Shown here in pieces: positions 1 through 9,039 of a DNA stretch of 64,000 bases. Position 1 is the first letter of the stretch, and every line of letters starts with the position of its first letter. Origin of the DNA: Patescibacteria group bacterium (GTDB taxonomy: Bacteria; Patescibacteriota; Minisyncoccia; Phycocordibacterales; BOKC01); NCBI GenBank assembly GCA_038062955.1, contig JBBTWE010000001.1:3927-67926 (forward strand), in the 5' to 3' direction. Below the pieces are notes generated by a model that worked only from the letters and a program-made list of their open reading frames with translations, did no database searches and was not told where the DNA came from. Position numbers and translations under genes: made by a program.

Positions 1-242
1 CGGAGATTCCAAAATTTTGCAGAGAGGTGATATTGTTGCCCGGAACAGGAACAGATAATTTAAGATTCAATGAGAAAACTGTAAAAGTAAAAACATTAAA
101 AGAGGCAGTAGATAAAGCAATACAAAGTTCAGAAAAAGGAGATATAGTATTGTTCAGTCCCGCTTTCGCATCTTTTGGAATGTTTAAAAACGAATTTGAT
201 CGGGGAGACCAGTTTAATGAACTTGTGAAAAATATTGCGTAA
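1..242 (+). CDS. murD: UDP-N-acetylmuramoylalanine--D-glutamate ligase MurD, C-terminal fragment (5' end outside window)
   Basis: Open frame from window edge; C-terminal motif DIVLFSPAFASFGMFKNEFDRG matches MurD LSPACASxDxFKNxExRG. Confidence 0.6.
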   Translation, partial: EIPKFCREVILLPGTGTDNLRFNEKTVKVKTLKEAVDKAIQSSEKGDIVLFSPAFASFGMFKNEFDRGDQFNELVKNIA

Positions 243-310
243 TATAAAGTATTGTGATATAGTGACAAAAGATTCGGAACATAGAAACCCATATATAAAG
301 GAGGCCAGAA

Positions 311-1024
311 ATGAATTCAATCTATGACCTAAGCTGGGGCAAGACCTCGTTTCTTGCCAAGCTGCTGCTCTTTTTCAAATCAAGAAAGCAAGAGAAGAAG
401 AGAATGTGCTCGAGCGATCGGTGGGTGCGAGCAGAAGGGTGTTCTGCTTTATCGAGCACCTACTACAACATCCTGGGGACAGCGTTTTCTCAGCTCAAGG
501 CAGCATGTCGACAGAAATGGCTCGCGCCGGTACGAATCGTGCCATGGTGTTTTACATGGCTTCCACTAGCTACATGGTGTTACTTACGGATGCTTCCTCT
601 TTCGGATCGGGTAAAATCTCTTATCGGTTACGACGGGATGTCTGCCGATCAGTGTGATGTCCGCCAAAGCATTCTACGTCGTCGTGGCCAGTACGAGGAA
701 GCGAGGAAGTGTATCTACGCCGCACTCTCCAAGAATCCTGAAAAAGCTCATACGCGATGTTTGCTTCGTGTTGGACTCGCCGAGATTTATCAGGTTGGCG
801 GTGATTGGTGCAGTGCAGAAGGGGAAGTACGTATAGTACTTGCCGATGCCTCGGAGGCAGAGGTACAAGATCCACGGCAAGCAGCACGCATTTATCGTCG
901 CTGTGCAGACGTCCTTAGTTTTTCCGGACAAACCACTCCTGCCCTGGTAATCGCCCTTCGTCGTCGAGCGAAAGAACTCGCAAAAGCAACTGGTGCACAA
1001 GATCAATCTCTCAAGCTGGAATGA
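311..1024 (+). CDS. hypothetical protein, GC-rich island, TPR-like segment
   Basis: 237-aa ORF with AGGAGG SD 7 nt upstream of ATG; region ~60% GC in ~35% GC genome; all frames open (GC artefact), longest + frame chosen. Confidence 0.4.
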   Translation: MNSIYDLSWGKTSFLAKLLLFFKSRKQEKKRMCSSDRWVRAEGCSALSSTYYNILGTAFSQLKAACRQKWLAPVRIVPWCFTWLPLATWCYLRMLPLSDRVKSLIGYDGMSADQCDVRQSILRRRGQYEEARKCIYAALSKNPEKAHTRCLLRVGLAEIYQVGGDWCSAEGEVRIVLADASEAEVQDPRQAARIYRRCADVLSFSGQTTPALVIALRRRAKELAKATGAQDQSLKLE

Positions 1025-1037
1025 TTCACAGCTGTTC

Positions 1038-1075
1038 GACCGCTTCGTGTTCATTCACGAAGCGGTTTCTTTTTG
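1038..1075 (+). terminator. rho-independent terminator
   Basis: gaccgcttcgtg-ttcatt-cacgaagcggt stem-loop followed by ttctttttg. Confidence 0.55.
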
Positions 1076-1095
1076 GGTTAGAAAATTATATATTT

Positions 1096-2526
1096 ATGAT
1101 CATGAATGCTCTTGATTTAAATAAAGTTAAAAGTACCCATTTTATTGGTATAGGCGGTATTGGGATGTCTGCCGTAGCCCAGCTATTTTTAAGCCAGGGT
1201 AAAAAAGTGAGCGGATCTGACACTGGCAGCTCGAAAGTTACTGAACTTTTGGAATCTAAAGGCGCAAAAATTTATTTTGACCAAAAGGCAGAAAATTTTG
1301 AAAAAGATGTCGATTTGGTTATTTATACTATTGCTATCGATGCGGAAAATCCAGAACTCCAAGAAGCTCGTAAGCGTAAAATTCCAATGATTACGTATCC
1401 CGAAAGTTTGGGACTAATTTCAAAAGATAAATTTACTATTGCTGTGTCGGGAACTCACGGAAAAACTACTACAACTGCAATGATTGCCAAGGTAATGATT
1501 GATGCAGGCCTAAACCCAACTGTAATTGCCGGTTCTCTCATGAGCGAATATGGCAGTAATTTTGTGCCCGGAAAGAGTGAATTTTTCTTGGTGGAAGCCT
1601 GCGAGTATAAACGTTCATTTTTAAATATAAATCCAAATATTTTGGTTATCACAAATATCGATAACGATCACTTGGATTATTATAAAGATCTCGCCGATAT
1701 CCAAAGTGCATTTGGGGAGCTCGCGAGAAAACTTAAGCCGGCCGATTTTTTGATTTGCAATATGAGTCACACGAATCTTGAGCCGATTATCGAAGACCCG
1801 AAAGTTGAATGCAATATTATTGATTATCCAAGTTTGGAAGCAAAACTAGAGCTTATGGTTCCTGGCAAGCATAATATTGAAAACGCCAAAGCCGCCCTAG
1901 CCGTTGCGACTGTTTTGGAAATAAAAGATAAAAAAGCAATCAAATCTTTGAAAAATTTCAGTGGTACTTGGAGAAGACTAGAAGCACTCGGAAAGACAAA
2001 AAATGGAGCTCTTGTTTATGATGATTACGGGCATCATCCGACTGAAATTAAAGCATCTCTACTCGCTATCCTGGAAAAATTTCCTAAGAAGAAAATCGTT
2101 GTTATTTTCCAACCACATCTTTATAGTCGCACCAAACTTTTGCTTAAGGAATTTGCTCAAAGTTTCGAGGGAATGAGCGAAGTGATTATTGTGCCGATTT
2201 ATGCCGCTCGGGAAGTGGATGATAAAAGTATCAGCGCTGAAATTTTAGCCGGAGAGATTAAAAAAACTGGTATTTCCGCAAAAGCGATGGAAAATTTTCA
2301 AGATATAATAAACTATATAATAGGACTTGGGGATTTGGATGCAGATCAAGGCGCGAGCGAGAAGCGTACCGAGCCGTATGTGCAATACGGTGAGGGAGCC
2401 TCGCAGCGAAGTAACGCAGAGATGCGCCGAATACGCAAGTCCCACAAAAATTTTGATTCGGATTATATAATTGTTACAATGGGTGCTGGAGACGTGTATC
2501 GTATCGCAGAGAAGTTAGTTAAATAA
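1096..2526 (+). CDS. murC: UDP-N-acetylmuramate--L-alanine ligase MurC with GC-rich in-frame C-terminal insertion
   Basis: HFIGIGGIGMSAVAQ, GTHGKTTTTAMI P-loop, DNDHLDYY; start chosen at internal ATG (MIMNALDL) rather than ORF-track 1021. Confidence 0.85.
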   Translation: MIMNALDLNKVKSTHFIGIGGIGMSAVAQLFLSQGKKVSGSDTGSSKVTELLESKGAKIYFDQKAENFEKDVDLVIYTIAIDAENPELQEARKRKIPMITYPESLGLISKDKFTIAVSGTHGKTTTTAMIAKVMIDAGLNPTVIAGSLMSEYGSNFVPGKSEFFLVEACEYKRSFLNINPNILVITNIDNDHLDYYKDLADIQSAFGELARKLKPADFLICNMSHTNLEPIIEDPKVECNIIDYPSLEAKLELMVPGKHNIENAKAALAVATVLEIKDKKAIKSLKNFSGTWRRLEALGKTKNGALVYDDYGHHPTEIKASLLAILEKFPKKKIVVIFQPHLYSRTKLLLKEFAQSFEGMSEVIIVPIYAAREVDDKSISAEILAGEIKKTGISAKAMENFQDIINYIIGLGDLDADQGASEKRTEPYVQYGEGASQRSNAEMRRIRKSHKNFDSDYIIVTMGAGDVYRIAEKLVK

Positions 2527-2785
2527 GATTTCACCTAATTCCTCTAACTCCTCTAATTACTAAACTTATGGCTAAAAACAATTTCATCATAATCTTGGGA
2601 ATCATTGTAGCAATCCTTCCTTTTCTAGGATTTCCACAAAAATTTAAAACTCTTCTTTTTGTACTTTTTGGATTACTAATTTCACTTTTGGCGTACCATA
2701 TTGGCCGTGCGATAACGACGGTAGGTGGTAAACGAGACCATTTTTAAAAAATAATTCGAATTTTTAAAAGAGTTCGAATTAAAAT

Positions 2786-4135
2786 ATGACACGTAGTACA
2801 AAACATCCTTCTAAAAATGGGCGGAATGGCCACGCTTTTTTAAAGTTTAAACACTTTTTTCTTTTTATTTTGGTCGTGATTGTTTTGTTAGGTGCTTATT
2901 TAGTGGGCCCTAAGTTTTTTGTGATTGTTTATCAGAACAATAATACGCTTAGCGACGGTTTGAAAGATTTGGTGGAAGCTGAAGTTATAAAGCCCAAGAC
3001 TATTCATTTACCGACCCCAAAACCTCTCAAGGGAATTTACATGACTAGCTGTGTGGCAGGGACCCCAAGTATGAGGGATGGTTTGGTTACTCTGATTGAA
3101 GAGACAGAAATCAATGCGGTTGTTATAGATGTTAAAGATTATTCAGGAACAATGTCTTTTAAGCCGGCAAATCCAGAATTGAATCATATGTGGGAAAATT
3201 CTCGTTGCGGCGCGCTCGACATGAAAGAATTTATCGAGACTCTCCACCAAAAGGGAATTTACACGATTGCCAGGGTTACCGTTTTCCAAGATCCACATTT
3301 AACAAATCAGCGTCCCGACTTGGCTGTTAAAAAAAAGAGCGATGGAAGCACATGGAAAGATTTTAAAGGTTTGTCGTTTACCGATCCCGGCTCAAAAGAA
3401 GTTTGGGACTATAACATTTCAATTGCCAAAGAATCCTACGACATTGGTTTCGATGAAATAAATTTTGATTATATTAGGTTTCCTTCAGACGGTCCGATGA
3501 CAGATATTAATTTTTCGTGGAGCATGAATCGGCCTAAAGCAGAAGTCTTGGAAGATTTTTTTGCTTACTTGCATGAAAATTTAAAAGATACAGGTGTTAA
3601 ACTCTCGGCTGATCTGTTTGGAATGACTACCACGAATGTTGATGATCTAAACATCGGACAAGTCTGGGAACGAGCTTTGCCTCATTTTGATTATCTTGCC
3701 CCAATGGTCTATCCTTCCCACTACCCAAAAGATTTCAATGGCTGGCCAAATCCAAACACTGTGCCATATGAGCTTATAAAATTTGTAATGAGTTCGGCTG
3801 TAGAGCGAACAGTCGCTTCAACATCAGTAGTTAAAACAAATAATAGTGAAGCACTTTTTAACACAGTCGTTGTTCCGGCAACTTCCGGAACCCCAACAAC
3901 TACCACACAAGTTTTTACCGGTCTTTACTCCAAACCCGTTTTTTCAAAAGACAAAGTTCGTCCTTGGCTTCAAGATTTTAATTACGGGGGAGTGTACGAT
4001 GCGGCCGCTGTCCGAGCTCAAATCCAAGGTGCTTATGATGCAGGTTTGGATAGTTTTATGTTGTGGTCGCCTTCTAATAGGTATACCAAAGCCGCCCTGT
4101 TCCCGGCAAACAATATTGCTCCGACCATTGAATAA
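2786..4135 (+). CDS. membrane-anchored putative glycoside-hydrolase-like TIM-barrel protein (COG1306/GHL family)
   Basis: N-terminal TM helix; GIYMTSCVAG...AVVIDVKD...FDEINFDYIRFP motifs typical of the family. Confidence 0.5.
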   Translation: MTRSTKHPSKNGRNGHAFLKFKHFFLFILVVIVLLGAYLVGPKFFVIVYQNNNTLSDGLKDLVEAEVIKPKTIHLPTPKPLKGIYMTSCVAGTPSMRDGLVTLIEETEINAVVIDVKDYSGTMSFKPANPELNHMWENSRCGALDMKEFIETLHQKGIYTIARVTVFQDPHLTNQRPDLAVKKKSDGSTWKDFKGLSFTDPGSKEVWDYNISIAKESYDIGFDEINFDYIRFPSDGPMTDINFSWSMNRPKAEVLEDFFAYLHENLKDTGVKLSADLFGMTTTNVDDLNIGQVWERALPHFDYLAPMVYPSHYPKDFNGWPNPNTVPYELIKFVMSSAVERTVASTSVVKTNNSEALFNTVVVPATSGTPTTTTQVFTGLYSKPVFSKDKVRPWLQDFNYGGVYDAAAVRAQIQGAYDAGLDSFMLWSPSNRYTKAALFPANNIAPTIE

Positions 4136-4183
4136 ACAACTTTGTATTCCCGTCTTACAGGTGTCTATCATGAACGATAGACC

Positions 4184-4303
4184 AAAACTCTTTCTCATCA
4201 TAAGTTTTTGATAGACGCGCATAAAATCTTGCTAGATTTTTGCTATGCTCGGCCCGTCGGCCTCCGCAATGTCTCTCAAAAACTATGATTTCGACGAGTT
4301 TTG
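4184..4303. repeat. MITE-like repeat, copy 1 (imperfect ~30-bp terminal inverted repeats)
   Basis: aaactctttctcatcataagtttttgatagac ... gtctctcaaaaactatgatttcgacgagttt; second copy at 10062-10263. Confidence 0.6.
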
Positions 4304-4388
4304 TAATGCGCGGTAGGCAAGATAAAACCCTTAAAATACCCTTATTTTTAGGGCTAAAATGCTAGTCTTTTTGTTGACCTGTTTTTGC

Positions 4389-4417
4389 TTGACAAAATGT
4401 ACGAATGGGTGTATGCT
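4389..4417 (+). promoter_or_regulatory. sigma70-like promoter TTGACA-N17-TATGCT
   Basis: Near-consensus -35/-10 about 125 nt upstream of ORF 4543. Confidence 0.45.
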
Positions 4418-4542
4418 GGAAACAGAAAATTGCTCTTTTAAAGGGGTATTTGAGTTTGGGAAAAAGCCTGTAATCGACCTGCTAACCATCGTGTTAAGCG
4501 GATTGTAGACTGTCACCAAACTCAAAACTGTAGGAGATAAAC

Positions 4543-4974
4543 ATGGAACGTACTTCGGCAGGCGGTGCTTTCTTTGTGGTGCTCGTTCTGGCGGCTGCCT
4601 TCATTCTTCTTTTTTGTGTAGAAGGCGGCCACAGCAAGACCAATGTCTCTCTTCCCGCAAGGGGAGTCCTTGAGACGTTGGGATGGAGGAAGGTCACTAG
4701 CAAGCCGGTCCGGGTTCACCCAGACTTAGATTCTGCAGAGTTTCAACCTCAGCTCGATGGACTCATGCAACTGGAATTCGGGGAAACTGTTGCCACGCCG
4801 GATACTCTAGTTGCGTTTGTCAGCTTTCTCGGCTGGAACGCGACGAGCTCCCCAATCAACTCCCAGTGGCAAATCGGAGATGAGGTATTGGTGGCAAGAA
4901 CTCCACCCAAAGGAACTTCGACAGGACTGGGTATCTCCTACTTCGTCCTAGGCTACAGGAAGAAACAAGAGTGA
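4543..4974 (+). CDS. hypothetical secreted/membrane protein, GC-rich island
   Basis: AGGAGA SD; hydrophobic N-terminus AFFVVLVLAAAFILLF; GC-rich. Confidence 0.4.
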   Translation: MERTSAGGAFFVVLVLAAAFILLFCVEGGHSKTNVSLPARGVLETLGWRKVTSKPVRVHPDLDSAEFQPQLDGLMQLEFGETVATPDTLVAFVSFLGWNATSSPINSQWQIGDEVLVARTPPKGTSTGLGISYFVLGYRKKQE

Positions 4975-5190
4975 ATCATGGGGTGGAGCATCCTTGGCGC
5001 AAGCCTAAAGCTCTCGACACCGCTTTGCTTAGATCTAAGTCAGATCAGCAAGCGGTGTTTTCTTTTGTAAAAAATCTTCCATTTACAAGCTATATTTCAA
5101 TGACACATCATACAGAGATACCACGTTTATTACAGGTGACACGAATGAATAAAGATTTGGTATAATAATTAAAGCGTAAATGAACTCTTA

Positions 5191-6960
5191 ATGGATAAAG
5201 ATAATAAAATAAATTATTTTGCCGAGACTGATTCGAGGGGTCAGAAAATTCCTTTTGGTATTAAAGAAGAAGATCGCACTCGCCATGTCTACGTCATCGG
5301 AAAGACTGGAATGGGGAAGTCTACTCTCCTCGAGAACATGGCCATTCAAGATATTAAGAATGGTCATGGGCTGGCTTTTGTCGATCCGCACGGAAAGACT
5401 GCTGAAATGCTTCTCGACTATGTGCCAGCCGAGCGAGTCAAAGACGTTGTTTACTTCGCTCCATTTGATCTCGAACATCCGATTTCTTTCAATATCATGG
5501 AGGATATTGGTCCTGATAAACGCCATCTTGTAGTGTCTGGACTCATGTCAACTTTCAAAAAGATTTGGATTGACGCTTGGAGCGCTAGGATGGAATATAT
5601 CTTGCAAAATACTTTGCTCGCTCTTCTAGAATATCCAGGTGCGACTTTGCTTGGAGTAAACAGAATGCTTTCGGATAAAGACTATCGAAAAAAAGTGGTT
5701 GATAATATAAAAGATCCGGCCACCAAGTCGTTTTGGGTTGATGAGTTTGCAAAATACACCGAACGTTTTGCGGCGGAAGCGGTGCCGGCGATTCAAAACA
5801 AAGTCGGTCAGTTTACTTCGAACCCTTTAATCCGCAATGTTATCGGCCAGCCGAAATCGAGCTTTGATTTGCGTAAAATCCTGGATGAAAAGAAAATTCT
5901 GATTGTAAATCTTTCTAAGGGACTTGTAGGGGAGGGTAACGCCTCACTTTTGGGTGGAATGCTTATCACTAAAATCTACTTGGCGGCTATGTCGCGCGCT
6001 GATGTTTCCGAAACTAAGATGAAACAGTTGCCGAACTTTTATCTGTATGTAGACGAGTTTCAGTCTTTTGCCAACGAATCATTTGCCGATATTCTTTCCG
6101 AGGCTAGAAAATATAAGCTTAATTTGACCATGGCTCATCAATACGTGGAGCAGATGGCAGAAGAAGTGCAATCGGCTGTTTTTGGAAACGTCGGAACTAT
6201 GATTGTCTTTCGCGTTGGCCCGCTTGACGCTGAATTATTTGAAAAAGAATTTATGCCAACTTTTACCGCTGAAGACTTTGTGAATCTTGGGAAGTATCAA
6301 ATGTACCTGAAACTCATGATTGATGGAGTTGGGTCGCAACCTTTTTCAGCTGTCGGAATGGCGCCAATTGAAAGGCCTGCAATAAGTTTTAAGGAGAGAA
6401 TTATAGAAAATTCGAGACAGATTTATGCTCAACCTAGAAAAGTTATCGAGGAAAATATCGTCATTTGGCACGAACCATCCAAATCTGGCGTGTCAACTAG
6501 TGCAAAAGCAAAAGTAAAAAAGGAAGAAAAAACCCCGCCCCGCAATGAGGAACCGTTAATAATAAAAGAAGAAAAAAAAGATATTAAAGAAACTATTTTA
6601 CCTAAAGAGAAAACTCCGCGTGAATCAAAAGGCAATAATTCTTCAAAAAATCAAAACATACCATTACCACCATCAATCGGGGTTGATGAGGAGCTCAAAA
6701 TTTCTGTTGAGCGATTGACTCATAAAAACAAAGCCAAACTAGGACCTTCGGAAGATCATAGAAAGGGGCTCAAAGAAGCTTTGATGGGTTTAGTTAAAGA
6801 AAATAGTTCCAACCAAAAACCAAAACCAGCTCCTAATCCTTCGATTCAAAAACAAACGTCGCCTACAATCTTAGAAAAATCTGATCCAAAATTTGCGTCC
6901 AATCAAAGTCCAAAAGAGGTTCCAGAAGAAGTGCTCAAGAAACTGTTAGATATAAATTAA
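5191..6960 (+). CDS. TraG/TraD/VirD4-like (DUF87) AAA ATPase with low-complexity K/E/P/S-rich C-terminal tail
   Basis: Walker A VIGKTGMGKST, Walker B LYVDEFQSF; architecture of T4SS coupling-protein-like ATPases. Confidence 0.55.
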   Translation: MDKDNKINYFAETDSRGQKIPFGIKEEDRTRHVYVIGKTGMGKSTLLENMAIQDIKNGHGLAFVDPHGKTAEMLLDYVPAERVKDVVYFAPFDLEHPISFNIMEDIGPDKRHLVVSGLMSTFKKIWIDAWSARMEYILQNTLLALLEYPGATLLGVNRMLSDKDYRKKVVDNIKDPATKSFWVDEFAKYTERFAAEAVPAIQNKVGQFTSNPLIRNVIGQPKSSFDLRKILDEKKILIVNLSKGLVGEGNASLLGGMLITKIYLAAMSRADVSETKMKQLPNFYLYVDEFQSFANESFADILSEARKYKLNLTMAHQYVEQMAEEVQSAVFGNVGTMIVFRVGPLDAELFEKEFMPTFTAEDFVNLGKYQMYLKLMIDGVGSQPFSAVGMAPIERPAISFKERIIENSRQIYAQPRKVIEENIVIWHEPSKSGVSTSAKAKVKKEEKTPPRNEEPLIIKEEKKDIKETILPKEKTPRESKGNNSSKNQNIPLPPSIGVDEELKISVERLTHKNKAKLGPSEDHRKGLKEALMGLVKENSSNQKPKPAPNPSIQKQTSPTILEKSDPKFASNQSPKEVPEEVLKKLLDIN

Positions 6961-6997
6961 GCGCCTATACCAAAGCTAATTCCAGAGGTTTTTCATT

Positions 6998-7825
6998 ATG
7001 TTTTTAAAATCAATCAATACATTTCTTTTTTTGATTGTCTGTTTTTTGCCAAACGTGCTCCTTGCGGAGGTTGTGATAAATGAAATTATGTACGATTTGC
7101 CGGGAACGGATCAAGGTCGGGAATGGATTGAAATTTATAATTCAAATTCTTTGGCAGTAAGCTTGGAAGGTTTTAATTTGGAGACTTCTAGTAATCATAG
7201 GCCATTTATTTCTGTTTCAGGATCATTTATTTTGCCACCAGGAGGTTTGGCTCTAATTGTTCAAAATTACGATGAATTTAAGAAAGATCATCCAAATTTT
7301 CCCGGCATTATTTTCCAAAGCAACTTCTCTTTAAATAACACTACAGGAAAAATAATTTTAAAAATTAAAGACACGGTTGTTGACCAGATAAAATATAATT
7401 CGTCGTTAGGGGCGAAGGGGAATGGTGAAAGTCTGCAGAAGTTTACAAATGAAATACTAGCTTCAAAACCTACACCTGGACAAATAAATCAATTGAGTGA
7501 GGGTCAGACAACTCAATCGTCCGATAAATCTATCTTAGGAGGATCCTCAAAGATCATTCTGGAAGCAAAAGAAGAAACCATAAAAAATACTGACCTTAAG
7601 AAAGAGCTGGTTTCTAAGACTAACACGGAGGAGATTGAAGAGGTAAAAATAGCAGAAGTCACTGCTGTAGACGGTAGTATTTTAGTCGAAAATAAGGGCG
7701 TAGAGGCATCTTTAATGAAATGGTTTGGAATGCTCGTAGGCTTGTTAGTTGTGTCAATTTTGCCTATAATTTTCTCTCCTCGTCAAAAAGATGACAATGC
7801 GATAAAAATTATCCTGGAAGAGTGA
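6998..7825 (+). CDS. lamin tail domain (LTD) protein, signal peptide plus C-terminal TM anchor
   Basis: VINEIMYDLPGTDQGREWIEIYN is the LTD signature; N-terminal signal, C-terminal hydrophobic helix. Confidence 0.65.
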   Translation: MFLKSINTFLFLIVCFLPNVLLAEVVINEIMYDLPGTDQGREWIEIYNSNSLAVSLEGFNLETSSNHRPFISVSGSFILPPGGLALIVQNYDEFKKDHPNFPGIIFQSNFSLNNTTGKIILKIKDTVVDQIKYNSSLGAKGNGESLQKFTNEILASKPTPGQINQLSEGQTTQSSDKSILGGSSKIILEAKEETIKNTDLKKELVSKTNTEEIEEVKIAEVTAVDGSILVENKGVEASLMKWFGMLVGLLVVSILPIIFSPRQKDDNAIKIILEE

Positions 7826-7849
7826 GAAAAGGCCTTAAATATCGATATT

Positions 7850-9016
7850 ATGAATAGTATAAAGAAAAAAATACTCATATTTTCTGTCGCATACCACCCC
7901 TTTATAGGGGGTGCTGAAGTTGCTGTAAAGGAAATTACAGATCGAATAAAAGATTACGAATTTCATCTTATAACTGTTAATTTAGATGGAAAACAAAAAA
8001 AGCAGGAAAGAATCGGTAATATAGAGGTTTATAGAGTTGGAAAAGGAAAAATAGGGAAATATCTTTTTCCAATCACAGCTTTTTTGAAAGCTTCTTCTTT
8101 GCATAAAAAAAATAATTTTTCTGCCACCTGGTCAATTATGGCAAATTATGCAGGGCTTGCTGGATTACTTTTCAAAAAAAGATTTCCTAAAGTTCCATTT
8201 GTATTAACTCTTCAAGAAGGGGACTCTATGCCTCACATCAAAAAAAGGATGTTGCCGCTTTATCCGCTATTCAAATCTATTTTTAAATCGGCGGATAAGA
8301 TTACAGCAATTTCAAATTATCTAAGCACGTGGGCAAAAGAAATGGGTGCAAGAGGGGAAGTTTCAGTAATTCCAAATGGGGTAGATGCAGAAAAATTCAA
8401 GATTCAAGATTCAGGAGTTAAGATTCAGGAGTTAAGAAAAGAAATCGGAGTAAAAGAAGGAGAGAAGTTAATAATCACAACTTCAAGGTTGGTGAAAAAG
8501 AATGCGGTGGATCAAATTATTTTGAGCTTAAAACACCTGCCGGATAACTTTAGATTTTTTATAGCGGGGATCGGTGAGGAAGAAGAATCTCTCTGTAAAC
8601 TTACGAAAGAACTTAATATTGAAGACAGAGTTAAATTTGAAGGGTTTGTCTCACCAGACAAATTACCTTTATATTTAAAAGCCAGTGATATTTTTATTCG
8701 ACCGTCACGCTCTGAAGGTCTGGGGAATTCTTTTCTTGAAGCTATGGCTGCTGGGGTACCTGTTATTGCTACATCTGTCGGTGGTATTCCAGATTTCCTT
8801 TTTGATCCTGAAGCGAATCCAGACAAACTCTCAACTGGTCTATTTTGCGAGGTTGATAATCCAGAGAGCATTGCTAAAGGGGTAAAAAGATTAATAGACG
8901 ATCCTAAACTTAGAGAAACCATAATTAAGAACGCCAAAGAGAATGTCCTCCGAAATTATGACTGGCAAGGCGTTACTCAAAGAATAACGCATGAAGTATT
9001 TGATGGTTTAAACTAA
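7850..9016 (+). CDS. glycosyltransferase family 4 (GT-B)
   Basis: C-terminal EGLGNSFLEAMAAGVPVIAT motif (E-x7-E). Confidence 0.8.
   Translation: MNSIKKKILIFSVAYHPFIGGAEVAVKEITDRIKDYEFHLITVNLDGKQKKQERIGNIEVYRVGKGKIGKYLFPITAFLKASSLHKKNNFSATWSIMANYAGLAGLLFKKRFPKVPFVLTLQEGDSMPHIKKRMLPLYPLFKSIFKSADKITAISNYLSTWAKEMGARGEVSVIPNGVDAEKFKIQDSGVKIQELRKEIGVKEGEKLIITTSRLVKKNAVDQIILSLKHLPDNFRFFIAGIGEEEESLCKLTKELNIEDRVKFEGFVSPDKLPLYLKASDIFIRPSRSEGLGNSFLEAMAAGVPVIATSVGGIPDFLFDPEANPDKLSTGLFCEVDNPESIAKGVKRLIDDPKLRETIIKNAKENVLRNYDWQGVTQRITHEVFDGLN
8395..8436 (+). repeat. in-frame heptamer/14-mer tandem repeat inside GT4 gene
   Basis: attcaag x2 + (attcagg agttaag) x2 encoding KIQDSGVKIQEL. Confidence 0.6.
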
Positions 9017-9039
9017 TTACAAGAGTCGCGTTTAAATTT

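Noticed and set aside
354-1054. Multiple overlapping ORFs in all frames (354..569, 406..657, 621..887 -, 674..1054 -)
   Set aside because: They are GC-rich open-frame artefacts overlapping the longer 311..1024 ORF, which has a strong SD. None has a recognisable motif.
2569-2685. Short ORF (MAKNNFIIILGIIVAILPFLGFPQNLKLFFLYFLDY)
   Set aside because: It is only 38 aa with no conservation evidence. It could be a tiny membrane peptide but is unsupported.
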